A DNA stretch of 63,978 bases, filler included, from Craspedostauros australis (lineage: Eukaryota): the NCBI GenBank assembly GCA_030167865.1. It is 8 parts of 8 records of this genome, joined end to end, with 100 filler letters (N's around TTAATTAATTAA, not from the genome) between each part and the next. Parts side by side here need not be neighbours in the genome. Positions count along the whole stretch, not along the records: positions 50,757 to 53,192 come from JALAGF010002884.1; positions 53,293 to 54,717 come from JALAGF010002885.1; positions 54,818 to 56,948 come from JALAGF010002886.1; positions 57,049 to 63,978 come from JALAGF010002887.1; 4 more parts are not named here. One strand, given 5' to 3'. This document shows, piece after piece, positions 50,757 to 62,500 of the stretch; positions within the stretch are counted from its first letter, which is position 1; every line of letters begins with the position of its first letter. The notes beneath the pieces are model-generated. The model was not told the origin of the DNA and ran no database searches. It saw only the letters and a list, made by a program, of their open reading frames with translations. A program made the translations under genes and the position numbers.

Positions 50757-53192
50757 AGTATCGCGTGCGTGCTTGCGACCTGTCTGGCGTGGTGTCCTTC
50801 CTCATGACAACAACAACATACAAGGCAGGGTTAAGTCACATGGTACAGTATGGTGGAATTGAATTTGAGAATGTCCCGGTGTTCGATCGTGGCAGCACCA
50901 CCATCCAAGAATTATTCGACATGTACTCTTCCACTACCAATACTCCGGTTGGGATGCCTGCTTTCACCACCATGACCCACCTCCTCACACGCAAAAGCAA
51001 GATCAAGACAGGCCTCTCTTCCTTCGAAAGCTACTTCTGGATGGCAACGGAGAAACTCAAACAGGCAATTTCGCGCCTAGTAGACCTACTGAAGGCTAAG
51101 TATGAAGCAGATGGGGAGGAGCAAAACGATGCCGCTGTGGATGCCAATGACGAGTATCAGCACCAGAACAATGAGCCCGATGATGTCATCACACAGCATG
51201 TGCGCACAGCCGATTCTCTCTTGCATGCGCTCGAACTGCTTGTGGTGTTCGTTAAATGGGAATTCACCGCGTCCCACATGCAGCTTCAGTGCGACGATCC
51301 NNNNNNNNNNNNNNNNNNNNNNNNNNNNNNNNNNNNNNNNNNNNNNNNNNNNNNNNNNNNNNNNNNNNNNNNNNNNNNNNNNNNNNNNNNNNNNNNNNNN
51401 NNNNNNNNNNNNNNNNNNNNNNNNNNNNNNNNNNNNNNNNNNNNNNNNNNNNNNNNNNNNNNNNNAGTATGCAACCGTTGTGGAGCAGCAATGCGATTTG
51501 TGAATGATCGTTTTGTTCCTTTTGTCAAAATGCTTAAGGACAACGAACTCAAAGAACACAATGACAAATTGCAATCAATGCTTGCAACTGCCCCGGGATT
51601 CGCCAACGAAATTGTTAACTACATGGCTCACAAAGTGCGTGCAAAAGTTCAATTCGGACAAATCGCCTTTTATCAATCCNANCTCAANNANAAGCCTGAA
51701 AGAGCCTATGTGGTACTCGACCATAAGCAAAAAATTCTACCNACAGGCCAAGGCGAAGCCCAACAAGAATATTGGGGGAAGAAGGGGATGTCACTGCTTG
51801 GGGCAATGGTCATCACATGTCGCAATGACATTTTTACTTCTCGGTTCATCGACATTGTGGTCGATGGAAGACCGACGCAAGACACACTTCAAGTTGGTGG
51901 ACTGCTGGAGATCGTGCAACAAAAGGTCAAAGACATTCACCCATCCGTGACTGAAATCATCCTACAGAGCAATAATGCGTGTTGCTTTGCCAGTCACGAG
52001 CACATCGCGCTCATCACATCGGTACTCAACAAGAACCTTGCGACATGAAAGGCGGCCAAAATCATCGCGTGGATCTACACAGAGGCCCAAACTGGTAAGA
52101 GCATGCTGGACACCCGCTTTGCGTACATCACCCGTGTACTGAGAAAATATGTGCAAAGTGGACGCAACATCAAGACCCTGTTCCAACTCTTCCTCGCGCT
52201 CCAAGCCGGTAACATCGCAGGTACGACAACGGTACTTGTCAACGCGGCGCTCCTGGCAGGCAACATCACCATGCTGCCTGGTGCACCAAAACGACGATTC
52301 CGCGCAAGTGGGCAACAAGTACGTATGACTCACGAGGTGAAGTACGACGATGACCAGGCGCGGTTGGTGGCTGCATCTGGAATCACAGAAGATGTTGTGG
52401 TGAAGAGTGCTGAATGGGAAGGGTGGATCATCAACCAGCTGGGCGTTGCCGATGTTCACACACACAAGTCCGACAAGCTGCCGATAACGTCCGAATCGTT
52501 CAGGAAGACGGACAAGACGCGAAAACTCGGGCGCACAGCGGCAGAGAGCAAGGGGCTTGCGTTCGGCAAAGCCATCGCAGACGGACAACAACATCTACCA
52601 TCCGATCACACCACAGCACTACAAGACCAGACCGCCGAAACTGAACACCCACCACTCGCAGTACAAGGCTGGGCGAGCAAAACCACACAGATCAACGCGA
52701 AACTACCAGACTACATCGCGGACAAATTGAAGGACATCAGTGAAGCGTCCGCGAAGGACCCAAAAAACAGACCATCTGAACACGAAGCACACGAGCAATT
52801 GATGGACAGTGAAAAAGCCAAAACTGACTGGTACGTACAACTGCACNCTAACCCGATGCGTGTGAAAGCTTCACTGTCAGCAGCGTACAACGCCAAACAA
52901 CGCAAGGAAAAGAAGGAGGCCGCTCTCATCAAGATGGAAACCAGCACCAACACCAACCCAACAAGCAAAGCAACAACATCCATAATCGTGGCAACCTCCA
53001 ATGCACCAGCTGCAACAGAGGAGGAGCAGAGAGAAGAGGAGTTGCAGAGAGAGGAAGAGGAATTGGACCATCAGATGTGGTGTGATGCTCACACAATGAA
53101 GGCGAACACAGAAAGTGAGGCTGTGTTGGATGATGAGACGAAAATTTTGTGATGGGGGTGCTTCGCCGCGATAACACGAGTTGTGGAGTTTT
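50757..53192 (+). mobile_element. Sola3-like transposase pseudogene (single frame 50765-53152 with an internal TGA at 52046)
   Basis: VVLDHKQKIL..EAQQEYWGKKGMSLLG, QDTLQV, LQSNNACCF, YTEAQTGKSMLDTRF match the DxxMK/ExQxx(W/F)GKxGxS/SDNA/GKxxxD blocks I associate with Sola3 transposases. Confidence 0.65.
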
Positions 53193-53292
53193 NNNNNNNN
53201 NNNNNNNNNNNNNNNNNNNNNNNNNNNNNNNNNNNNTTAATTAATTAANNNNNNNNNNNNNNNNNNNNNNNNNNNNNNNNNNNNNNNNNNNN

Positions 53293-54717
53293 TGCATCCA
53301 TGTCATGATGACACAGGAGTCCACCTGGGACCCAGCACACTGGTCGGCAGGGGACGACGAGGACGCCATCAGAACGACCGTCCCCACAACGCCAACATCC
53401 ATGTCGCCAACCATATTACGCGACATCAAGGCAGTCAGCGGAACGCAGTCCTCCAACCGAAAGGGGACGATCACCCCAGAAGTACTGGCACGACGATGGC
53501 GCATCGGCGTTGATGCAGCAACACGAACGTTGCAGGCCACAACACACCTGGCTATGCGCGACTTCCGCAATACCACAGGGACACGTCGACTCAATCCATA
53601 TGCGATGCAACTACGCTACCGGCGTTTGAACACGCAGGTATATGCCGACACAATGCACGCGAAAACGAAATCAATCCGTGGCAACAAATGTGCGATGATA
53701 TACTGCACACCATTCCACTGGGTTCGCGTCTATCCGATGACGGAACGCAAGAACGCACACCTCACCCTTGACGAAATGTTTCGCGATCACGGTATCCCTC
53801 ACACGATCATACCCGACAACGCCAAGGAGCTCGTGGCTGGCGAGTTCCGTCGTAAACTGCACAAAGCACAAGTGTCTATCCGCCCGATTGAGGCGTACAT
53901 ACACAACCAAAACCGTGCAGAGGCGACCATCCGCGAACTGCGTCGCCACTATCGCAGACTGATGACATCCACCAACACGCCCGAATACCTGTGGGACTAT
54001 TGCTTTGAATACTGTGCGGAGATCCGAAGTCACACAGCGTTATCCGTGTACGATCTGCATGGAGAGACACCTGCCACCATTCTGTCCGGCGACACAGCCG
54101 ACATCTCACACATTGCCGAATTTGCATGGTTTGAATTCGTCTGGTATATCAACATACAAGACGCCTCCATGAACGTGAAACAACTCGGACGTTATCTGGG
54201 GCCAAGCCGTTCTGTCGGCGAGGCCATGTGCTCGTACATACTCACCGCCAATGGCATCGTTGTTTCCAAATCCTCGGTCTTACCTCTTTCACACGACGAT
54301 ACGAACGATGACGTGCTCAAACAAAAGCAAACCGATTTCATGACCAAACTCAGTACCAAATGGAACAAACGTATGGAAGGCATGGAACCAGACGATGATG
54401 GTGACGAAGTGGATGACACCGCCGCCGACATCGCCTACCTGCAAAACACAGAGCCAATGGAACCCATCGTCGAACCCGAAGACGTCGCCAGCGAGGTATA
54501 CGATCGCTACATCACAGCGAAGGTCGTTTTGCCGACAGGGGACGAGATGCGATTCGGCACCGTGAAGCGAAGGAAACGAGACGCAGATGGCAACCTCATT
54601 GGACATTCACACGACAATCCGATGCTCGACACGTCACGCTACGAGGTCGAATTCCTCGACGGACATCAGGAGGCATTCAGTGCCAACCAGATCGCAGAGA
54701 ACATTTATGCTCGTGTC
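53293..54717 (+). mobile_element. Ty1/copia (CoDi-like) LTR retrotransposon, integrase region fragment
   Basis: ITPEVLARRWRIG, LRYRRL..VYADTM, GIPHTIIPDNAKEL, QNRAEATIRELRR, LGRYLGPS, NPMLDTSRYEVEF, ANQIAENIY. Confidence 0.9.
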
Positions 54718-54817
54718 NNNNNNNNNNNNNNNNNNNNNNNNNNNNNNNNNNNNNNNNNNNNTTAATTAATTAANNNNNNNNNNNNNNNNNNNNNNNNNNN
54801 NNNNNNNNNNNNNNNNN

Positions 54818-56948
54818 ATCAATGCCATTTCGAAGAAACTACAGGAGGATCCCACCTTCATCTCACAAGAAGTATTCGATGGACTACCCGAGAAGGTCCG
54901 TTGAGTGATCATGAAACTCCGCAGTTCCCTCCGCTGGGCCCGCCGCAATAACGACCGGAACGGATCCGGATTCACCCGCGTCGANNNNNNNNNNNNNNNN
55001 NNNNNNNNNNNNNNNNNNNNNNNNNNNNNNNNNNNNNNNNNNNNNNNNNNNNNNNNNNNNNNNNNNNNNNNNNNNNNNNNNNNNNNNNNNNNNNNNNNNN
55101 NNNNNNNNNNNNNNNNNNNNNNNNNNNNNNNNNNNNNNNNNNNNNNNNNNNNNNNNNNNNNNNNNNNNGACGCTTCGGAGCTTGCCAAGTTCCTAGTCGA
55201 TTATGGAGGACACGAGGAGAACGGCAACGACCGACTCGTGAAAATGATCACGATGGGTGACTCATCCGACGCCCCAAGCCCTATCGATCCACCAGAATCC
55301 AATCAACGCCAATCAGTACCCGAACAGCTGATCAACCTGGCGACCTTCTCTCCGCAAACATACGCGGTATGTGACGGAGGCGCACAATGCTGCGTTATCG
55401 GGAACAAGGACCGGGTCTGGAAGATTGACTANNNNNNNNNNNNNNNNNNNNNNNNNNNNNNNNNNNNNNNNNNNNNNNNNNNNNNNAAGAACAACCTCGC
55501 GGTGGTAGACGCAAGTATCAAAGCCAGGACCAGAGAAGGCAACGAAGTGATCCTCCGGATCTATGAAGCCGCTCTGAACGTCGACAGTCGGGTGACGCTG
55601 CTCTCCGACCACCAAATTCGGGCCAGTGGAGCCGTCCTCGATACGGTTTCGTCAGAACACCGGGCATCGTTCGCGACACCAGGCACAGGTCGACAATGCC
55701 TAATGCCTAACGAAGACACGACAATCAACTTGGAGATGCGAGACGCGCTGATGACGTTCGACGTTTTTCCCATCATGGAGGACGATGAGGATCTGCCCAC
55801 CTATGACATCACCCCAAAGCAAGGATGGAACCCTTCAGATCACCAAGGAGGACACGTATGCAACGTGCCCATGGGTTGCTACCTTACCAGGGACCCAATT
55901 GGAGGAGACAAGGTTGTCGACTGGGATGACCAACCTGATGCATCGCGTGACGCTGGGGCAATGGATCCAAGCGCCCACAATGCATCGAAGGATCCCACGG
56001 AACCCAGGACACGCCAAGCCATAGACGGTATCCCGGATAATCCCATGGAAGGACGAGAATCCATGGACCCCAACGTCCATCATCCAGATGAGCACGCCAC
56101 AGGAGACCCCAACCGTGTACACGAGGAGTACCCCAAGGTGGACGCATTCCTTGACACTCTAAGTCTCGAGGAACTCATCGGAATGTCACATGCAATCGAC
56201 ACGGTAACATTCGCGAAATCGGCTACCGACACTGCCATNTCGATCCAAGGCACCCTTTTCGACATGGTGGACAATCTCTCCGCGGGAGACATCGACCACC
56301 TATACAGGGAGCTGGGCATCGATCGCGAGGCCAACGCAGTAGGAACGGACCAAATGGGATACATCGAGCCAACCAACGTCCTATCGACAAAGGTATCAGA
56401 TCCGGATGACGAGGCTGACAGCGTCATCTCATCCTTACACTCGGTAGGATCCGAACCGGCGTTCCAGAGAAATCGGGAGACTTTTCGTATCCCCAATGAG
56501 ATCGGCGTGACCAAGGCAACACGTGTCGACACCCTTCGGGGAGACCCACGAAGCGCACCTGAATACCACAGGCACACCAAGGGCGAGAATCCCGCTGGGA
56601 TTGACGACCCGGGAAAGGACAATCCCATGGACACCATGGACCGACACCCTGCGGAAGCTATGACCGAGTACAGCCACCAAGGGTTCCCNNNNNNNNNNNN
56701 NNNNNNNNNNNNNNNNNNNNNNNNNNNNNNNNNNNNNNNNNNNNNNNNNNNNNNNNNNNNNNNNNNNNNNNNNNNNGCCAGAACCACACAACTCATGCGG
56801 GCAGTGATCACTTACCCTATGCGAAGGCACAAGAAGTCCAGATTCGAGTGGATGCGACGACAATGAATCCGGGAGATCGTGGCGACGGACACCATATTCT
56901 CCAACGTCAAGTCTTTTGGAGACGGATACTCCATGGCGCAAATCTTCT
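54818..56948 (+). mobile_element. Second CoDi-like copia fragment (gag end, protease, integrase start), degenerate
   Basis: Protease AVCDGGAQCCVIG, TLLSDHQIRASG, then RTTQL...MRRHKKSRF..RRQ*IREIVATDTIFS with a premature TGA at 56864. Confidence 0.8.
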
Positions 56949-57048
56949 NNNNNNNNNNNNNNNNNNNNNNNNNNNNNNNNNNNNNNNNNNNNTTAATTAA
57001 TTAANNNNNNNNNNNNNNNNNNNNNNNNNNNNNNNNNNNNNNNNNNNN

Positions 57049-57587
57049 TCGAAGCGGGGAGTTGACAATTCTGTTGTCTTTTCCAAATTGTGGGTGCTTC
57101 GATTGCTGCTGGTCCATCGCTTCTCTGCTTGTTGTTTTCTATTCTCTCCTTTCTTTCTTTCTNNNNNNNNNNNNNNNNNNNNNNATCTCATGTTTGGCTC
57201 CTTCTCTGTTTCTCTATTGATTTGAATCGGGTCTTGGTCGGGCTTGGCCCCTCAGATCGTGTCTCTTTCTTGAGGGGTGTGTGTCGCGACCCAAGATGGT
57301 GCGTTTTGCGTTCCCGATTTTTGTTGTTCGACTTTTGTTGTCGCAGTTGCTCATTTTGTGAGCTCCGCGTTGCCATCAATTGGCCGTTGTCGCACCTCGT
57401 TTGAATTACTCTTACTTAGGTGTCTGGCCCATGTGTGGCCGTTAAACCTTTGGTTCGGGTTTCCGTTGCGGGGTCGTGCGTACGACTTGCACTTTCCGTT
57501 GCGTTCTTCGTCCTCTTCCATCAGATGGTGCCCTGGAGTCGTATGGGTCGTCTGTATCAACCAGTCAATTATGTTTAGAAGTGACCC
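57049..57587 (-). repeat. Repeat A2 (partial) of the YR element
   Basis: Homologous to 25954-26449; both contain GGTGCCCTGGAGTCGTATGGGTCGTCTG. Confidence 0.8.
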
Positions 57588-57771
57588 GGCTAATCCATAG
57601 ACACATAGCTTTTGTCTGCGTTGGGTGGTAGTGCTACTAGCACCTTCAAGCTTGCCTTGAATCATCTGGCTCGTTCCCTCCAGGCCAATTTCGTTTCAAG
57701 TCTCTGCCTTGGCTGTTCGCGTTGGTGTTGACTGATTCGATCTTGGTTGGAGGGAGAGCGCTGGAATCCCC
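57588..57771 (-). repeat. Repeat B1 (184 bp) of the YR element
   Basis: Colinear with 25718-25901 from GGCTAATCCATAG to CTGGAATCCCC. Confidence 0.85.
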
Positions 57772-57915
57772 CCTGGCGGAGGGAGAGTATCTCCCTCTCG
57801 GTACCCCCTGTTTCTGTCGCAGGCGGCCGAAAAAGAGGGTTCCCCCCCCCCCAAAAAAAGAGAAAGAAGTGGAAGAAAAAGAGGAACAACAAGCGAAAAA
57901 GTGAGCGTCGTGCCA

Positions 57916-59556
57916 TCACATGCAAAGCGCGGTGATTGCTAGTCGGTCAGCGAGTGGCCATTGAAGGTACGCTGTCGGCATATCCTCGTTGGCGCGTTGG
58001 CGCCGCCATTTGCCGTGCTCTGAGACCTCCAGCTTGGTGGCTGCGCGCATGCATCCTGGCCGCTGTCTGGAGACGTGTGTGCGTCCCCCTCGTTGGTACA
58101 TGTGGAAGGAGTAAAACCTGGTGGGAATGGGCGTGTCTTGTGCGCCGATTGCCGAGCGCAGGAAAGTGTCACCGCGTTGTTGTTGCTCCAGCAAGGACGG
58201 GTACGCGAAGGTTGTGCGGTAGAAATGCGACGTCCACGGTTGCCCCGAAGGATGATGCACCACGAGGTCGGTCGGGATGCGATGGTCCCGTTCCGCGCGC
58301 GCTCGCAGCAGCCATTCGCCGAGACTGAGGCCTGATGAGGTGTGGAAGGCGACGACCACATCGGCTTGCCGGCTGCGGTTGGACTTCGTTTGCATGGCGA
58401 GACGCAGAAGGACTGCGCCTGTGTTTGGCGGGAGGTCGTTGTTGCTGGCGTCGCGTGGTTCGAGAATAGTGATGTCTGACCACGAGATGCCGAAGGCTTC
58501 TGCGGCCCGTAGCCATCCCAGCCATCCCACAAGGTTGATGATGCCTGCCATTGCCGCTGTTCGTCGCTGTTGTGTTGTGACTGCATGTTGGTATTGATGC
58601 AGGAAGCATCGGTCCATGAAGTGGACGTGGCGAGAGAGCAGGGCGGCTGATGGTCGCGAATCTTCGCCGAGACGTGTTCGCATGCCTTGTGTCAGCATCG
58701 AGTATCCGAGGTGATCTGTTTGAAGGCATTCATCGACGATAACAGGGCGTTGCTTGGCGTCGAGCATGGCGCGCTCAGGATGCGCAATGCACATGTTCCA
58801 TGTGCCGAACGCTGATGCTGCGCTGCGCAGGCCACGCACGGTGCTGAACTTGATGGCTTGGTCGCCGAGTGTGTTCCTGCGTGAGGGTACCTGCGTGGCG
58901 TAGTGTTCCTGCGCCCACATGATCGGGATTGTCTCAGAGTAGGGTGGCGATTGGATGTCGGGTGGCTGCAGGGTAGGGACGCCATGTTGGAGACCGAACT
59001 TGCGCAGTACTCGAATCTTGCTGCTGTAGGTGGTGAGAGTACCCGACGCCCAATTGTGCGCTAGGTCGATGATACGCATGCGTTCCAAACGGAGGAGATG
59101 GAGGTCCGTGTGGCTGGGGACCAATTCTCGCTGGAGATGTACTCGGACCGTGCATGCCTCGCACACGAAGAGACCCAAAATACTGAGGTTGGGTGGCAGC
59201 GTGAGACCCTTATGGTTGCGTAGGCGTGTTCGGAAGGGAGGCCCCACTCGCCAGCATAGCTTGTGATATCGGGTGTGGCATGCCTGGTAGGGGACACCAT
59301 TGTGCATGAACCCGGTGTCGGCGAAGTGGCATTGGTGTGCTGTTGTGTGTCGGTTGATGCTCTTAGCACAACCCGTGCAGACGCTCGGCGATCCGTTGGT
59401 GATGCCGTCGATTCCGGGAGCGGGGAGCAAAGTCCAGTCTGGGAGGAGTGAGAGAGCGAGTGTGGGGAGAGACGCGGAGGAGAAGATTAGGAATATTGAG
59501 AGGAGAAGAAGAAGAGAGATGCAGATCGTCGTTGGTGAACACTCCAACTCGGACAA
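57916..59556 (-). CDS. Tyrosine recombinase with a Cys/His-rich N-terminus; overlaps the 3' end of pol (true start uncertain)
   Basis: GWLRAAE (R), QTKS (K), HMYQRGG (HxxR position), HGKW, MPTAY (Y). Confidence 0.88.
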   Translation of the reverse strand: MSELECSPTTICISLLLLLSIFLIFSSASLPTLALSLLPDWTLLPAPGIDGITNGSPSVCTGCAKSINRHTTAHQCHFADTGFMHNGVPYQACHTRYHKLCWRVGPPFRTRLRNHKGLTLPPNLSILGLFVCEACTVRVHLQRELVPSHTDLHLLRLERMRIIDLAHNWASGTLTTYSSKIRVLRKFGLQHGVPTLQPPDIQSPPYSETIPIMWAQEHYATQVPSRRNTLGDQAIKFSTVRGLRSAASAFGTWNMCIAHPERAMLDAKQRPVIVDECLQTDHLGYSMLTQGMRTRLGEDSRPSAALLSRHVHFMDRCFLHQYQHAVTTQQRRTAAMAGIINLVGWLGWLRAAEAFGISWSDITILEPRDASNNDLPPNTGAVLLRLAMQTKSNRSRQADVVVAFHTSSGLSLGEWLLRARAERDHRIPTDLVVHHPSGQPWTSHFYRTTFAYPSLLEQQQRGDTFLRSAIGAQDTPIPTRFYSFHMYQRGGRTHVSRQRPGCMRAATKLEVSEHGKWRRQRANEDMPTAYLQWPLADRLAITALCM

Positions 59557-62500
59557 GGTGACGTGAGAGTCTGACGAAAGTGCGTTGAAGCACTCGTGGG
59601 ACGAGGATGACGAATCCAGTGTCCAGAGGTTGTTCTGCCCAGCACCCCAGTAGGAAGTAGATCAGTTGGTAGGCGAGCTCCGGTGGTGGTGCCCACAGGG
59701 TGATGCGGTTCATGCAGTCCTCGGGGTTCCACGGACGGTCCCACCGACGGAGTAGTATGGTCGTGGGAGTGTCGGGGAAGGCGAGTGACGCAATCTGAGG
59801 GACATGCTGCTCCTGGAGTGGTGTCGGGGCCAGACAGGCGGATAGGATCTGTGATGATGTTGGCCGTTGGTGGGCGGCGTTGATCCATATTCCGCGGCTG
59901 AGTCCGTCGGTTCCCTCTGTGATGATGGCAGTGCCGGGGATGTGGATGACCTGGAGGTGGCATGATAAGCGGAGCTCGAGCTGTTTGATCTTCCGGACCA
60001 GCTTGTGTAGTTCCGGTGAGGTGGAAGTGCCTCCATCGACAACACAGTAGGTGCACATGTTGTCGGTGAAGTAGAAAAAAGTGGCGCCGAAGACGTCGGC
60101 AGCGGTCGTTGGGTTGTTGGCTACCTGTTGTAGGGTGCTGAGCAGAGTGCGTAGCTCCTTCCAGTTGGAGGAGTGGCGTGTGGCCACAAGGGACGACCAT
60201 GTACCCATCCACATGCATGAGGGTTGGTTGGGGAAAAGGATGGTACCCCCGGTGCCTGTACCACTGCCATCACCAAAACTGCTGACGAGGACGCCGGTCC
60301 GTGTTGCACGACCGCTCCGTGCCGTGTCGTTGATGAGTGCTGCTCGCCACCATTGGAGGTCTTGTGTGACCGCGGGTGAGATGGCCGTGTAGCTGAAGTA
60401 GGGGAGATCCGGTTGATCCCACTCATGTGGATGTACGAGGGCGTATAGAGCTCGGAGGTAGTTGCGACCGAGGTATGATGGTGTGGCCTCTGCCACGCTT
60501 TCGAGCATACCCGCTAGGACCGCGAGGGCGAGCCGGGAGACTCTTGCGGGTGCAGCCGAGACGTAGTCCATCACAGCGACGATCTTGTCCCGTTTGAGAG
60601 GTGGGATGCGTAGGCGTGGGGTAGCTGTGGTATCGAAGATCAACCCGGTGTATTTGACGACTTGACTGGGCGGGGTGAGTTTGCTGGGGTGGCAGAGCAG
60701 GCCGCAGTCCACTGATAGATCAAGGAAAGCTGATAGCGCCGCCGAGGTCTTGCGCCGTGTGGGTCCGTGGATGATGAAGTCATCACAGTGGGCCCACACG
60801 AGGGCGACCGGCAGTCCATCCGATCCGATGGCGACCAATCCTTGGCCTTTGGTGTGGTCGTAGGCCAGGTCTTGGTTGAATGTTGTCCACCACATGTTAG
60901 GGCGGTGAGTGCCTTGGTATAGTCGAGATCGTTTGCGTAGTTGCCGAAGGAAGGCGGTTCCGAACCTGCATGCGATAGCCGGTGATTGGCTAGATCCCAT
61001 CGGTAGTCCAGCATACTGGTACATTTCACCCGAAATTGGGTGTTGGATGCCGAGAAATCGTCGTTCGTCGGGACGGGTTCGGAATTGGTAGAAATATTTC
61101 GAGGCGTCCACAACCGCCGACCAGCCGCCGTGGTACATTTGTTTCAAAATGTCGCGGCTTTTTGGGAAAACGGTTGGATCAGCCCCAATAAATTCGTTGG
61201 TGCGATTCTCTCGCATGTTGGCGATGATACGCCACTGATTGGGTTGTATGGGTTTCGGCAGGGCGAATAGCGGGGCGTTGACGACCACCGGATGGAGGGG
61301 GTCTTGCGGTTCGACAACTCCAAGGTTGAGGAGTTCATCGACGAAGTCCGCGGCCACTTGTTGCTGATCTGGAGTCATGTCGGTGTTATCGTGGTGTCCG
61401 AATTCGGGAGTGTCCAAAAAGTTCATCGGGCTCCCTTCTCGTAGGTGGTCCCAGTGTTGTGGAGGGAATTCCCACCAGAGGACTCGTAGTTGTTTGGGAT
61501 CGGGATGCGTGTCGGTATAGTTGGTACGGTGAACACGCAAGTCGTTGAGTCCGTCTTTGAGTAGGGCGGTGGATCGGTTTCCGTAGTGCGCACAGGCCTT
61601 CCGCAGGTTGTGTACGCGGAGCCGGTGCCAGTCGCCATCAGGGGAGAGGTCCGGCGGAGTCCATCGATATTGGAGGTCGTCGTTGTTGTCGTCATGGAGG
61701 GGCGTCTGTTGTCGTCGTCGTCGTTGTTGTCTTGTCGTCTGTGTCGCAGGTTGGGAGTGTTCAGAGTGCTGATGTACATGGCGAGCCAAGTCCATCAGCG
61801 GTGTGGAGAGGTACTCGAGTAAGTGTTGCGACGGAGTGTGGAAAAGCACTCGCCACTTCACATGCTTGAGCGCCTCTCCGGGGATCGAGCTGCCCAGGGC
61901 TTTCCCTAACTCGTCTGGGAAGAGGCGTCGGACGCCTCTCGCCGTCTGAATAAGGGCAAGCCGGTCCATCGGCATCGCGGATGTGGCGCTGTCGATGACC
62001 GACTGGGCATTGCTCTTCGTTATATAGCATCGTCGAGGAACTCCGCAATGACGAAGACAGTTCGCCATGCTTCGCTCAGATGCAGGTTGGAGGTCTGGCC
62101 AGTCGATGCCAGATGCCGTCCACGTTGTTGCCGACCTTATCACCACCGTGTAAGTCACTGATACCGCTCCACCCATTCGTTGGTTGGGGAGGGTCTTGAG
62201 CTGCGTTCCGTAGCCGAGGTCCTCCCAGAGTTTACACTCCCGCTTGGAAGCGGCGTGTTGTATCCATCCCAAGTTAGGCCCGGACCATATCTCAATGATC
62301 AACCGAGGTCGTAGATTGGTCTGGCAGTGGAGGACCCAGTTACGCCATTCCGTGTGCTGGACCCCGTGGGCGACCAGAAAGTCCACCGGAAATTTGTTCA
62401 AAATTCGGTGGGACACTCTTGCCATCGACCCGAGGAAACGGGTCGAGTCTGGATAGGTCCGGAGTGGTTGGGCCAGGCTGTCGTCGTGGGTGCAGAGGAC

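Noticed and set aside
26450..57048. TTAATTAATTAA as a biological motif; apparent clustering of SIT and TEs across gaps
   Set aside because: These are artificial linkers; order across them carries no information.
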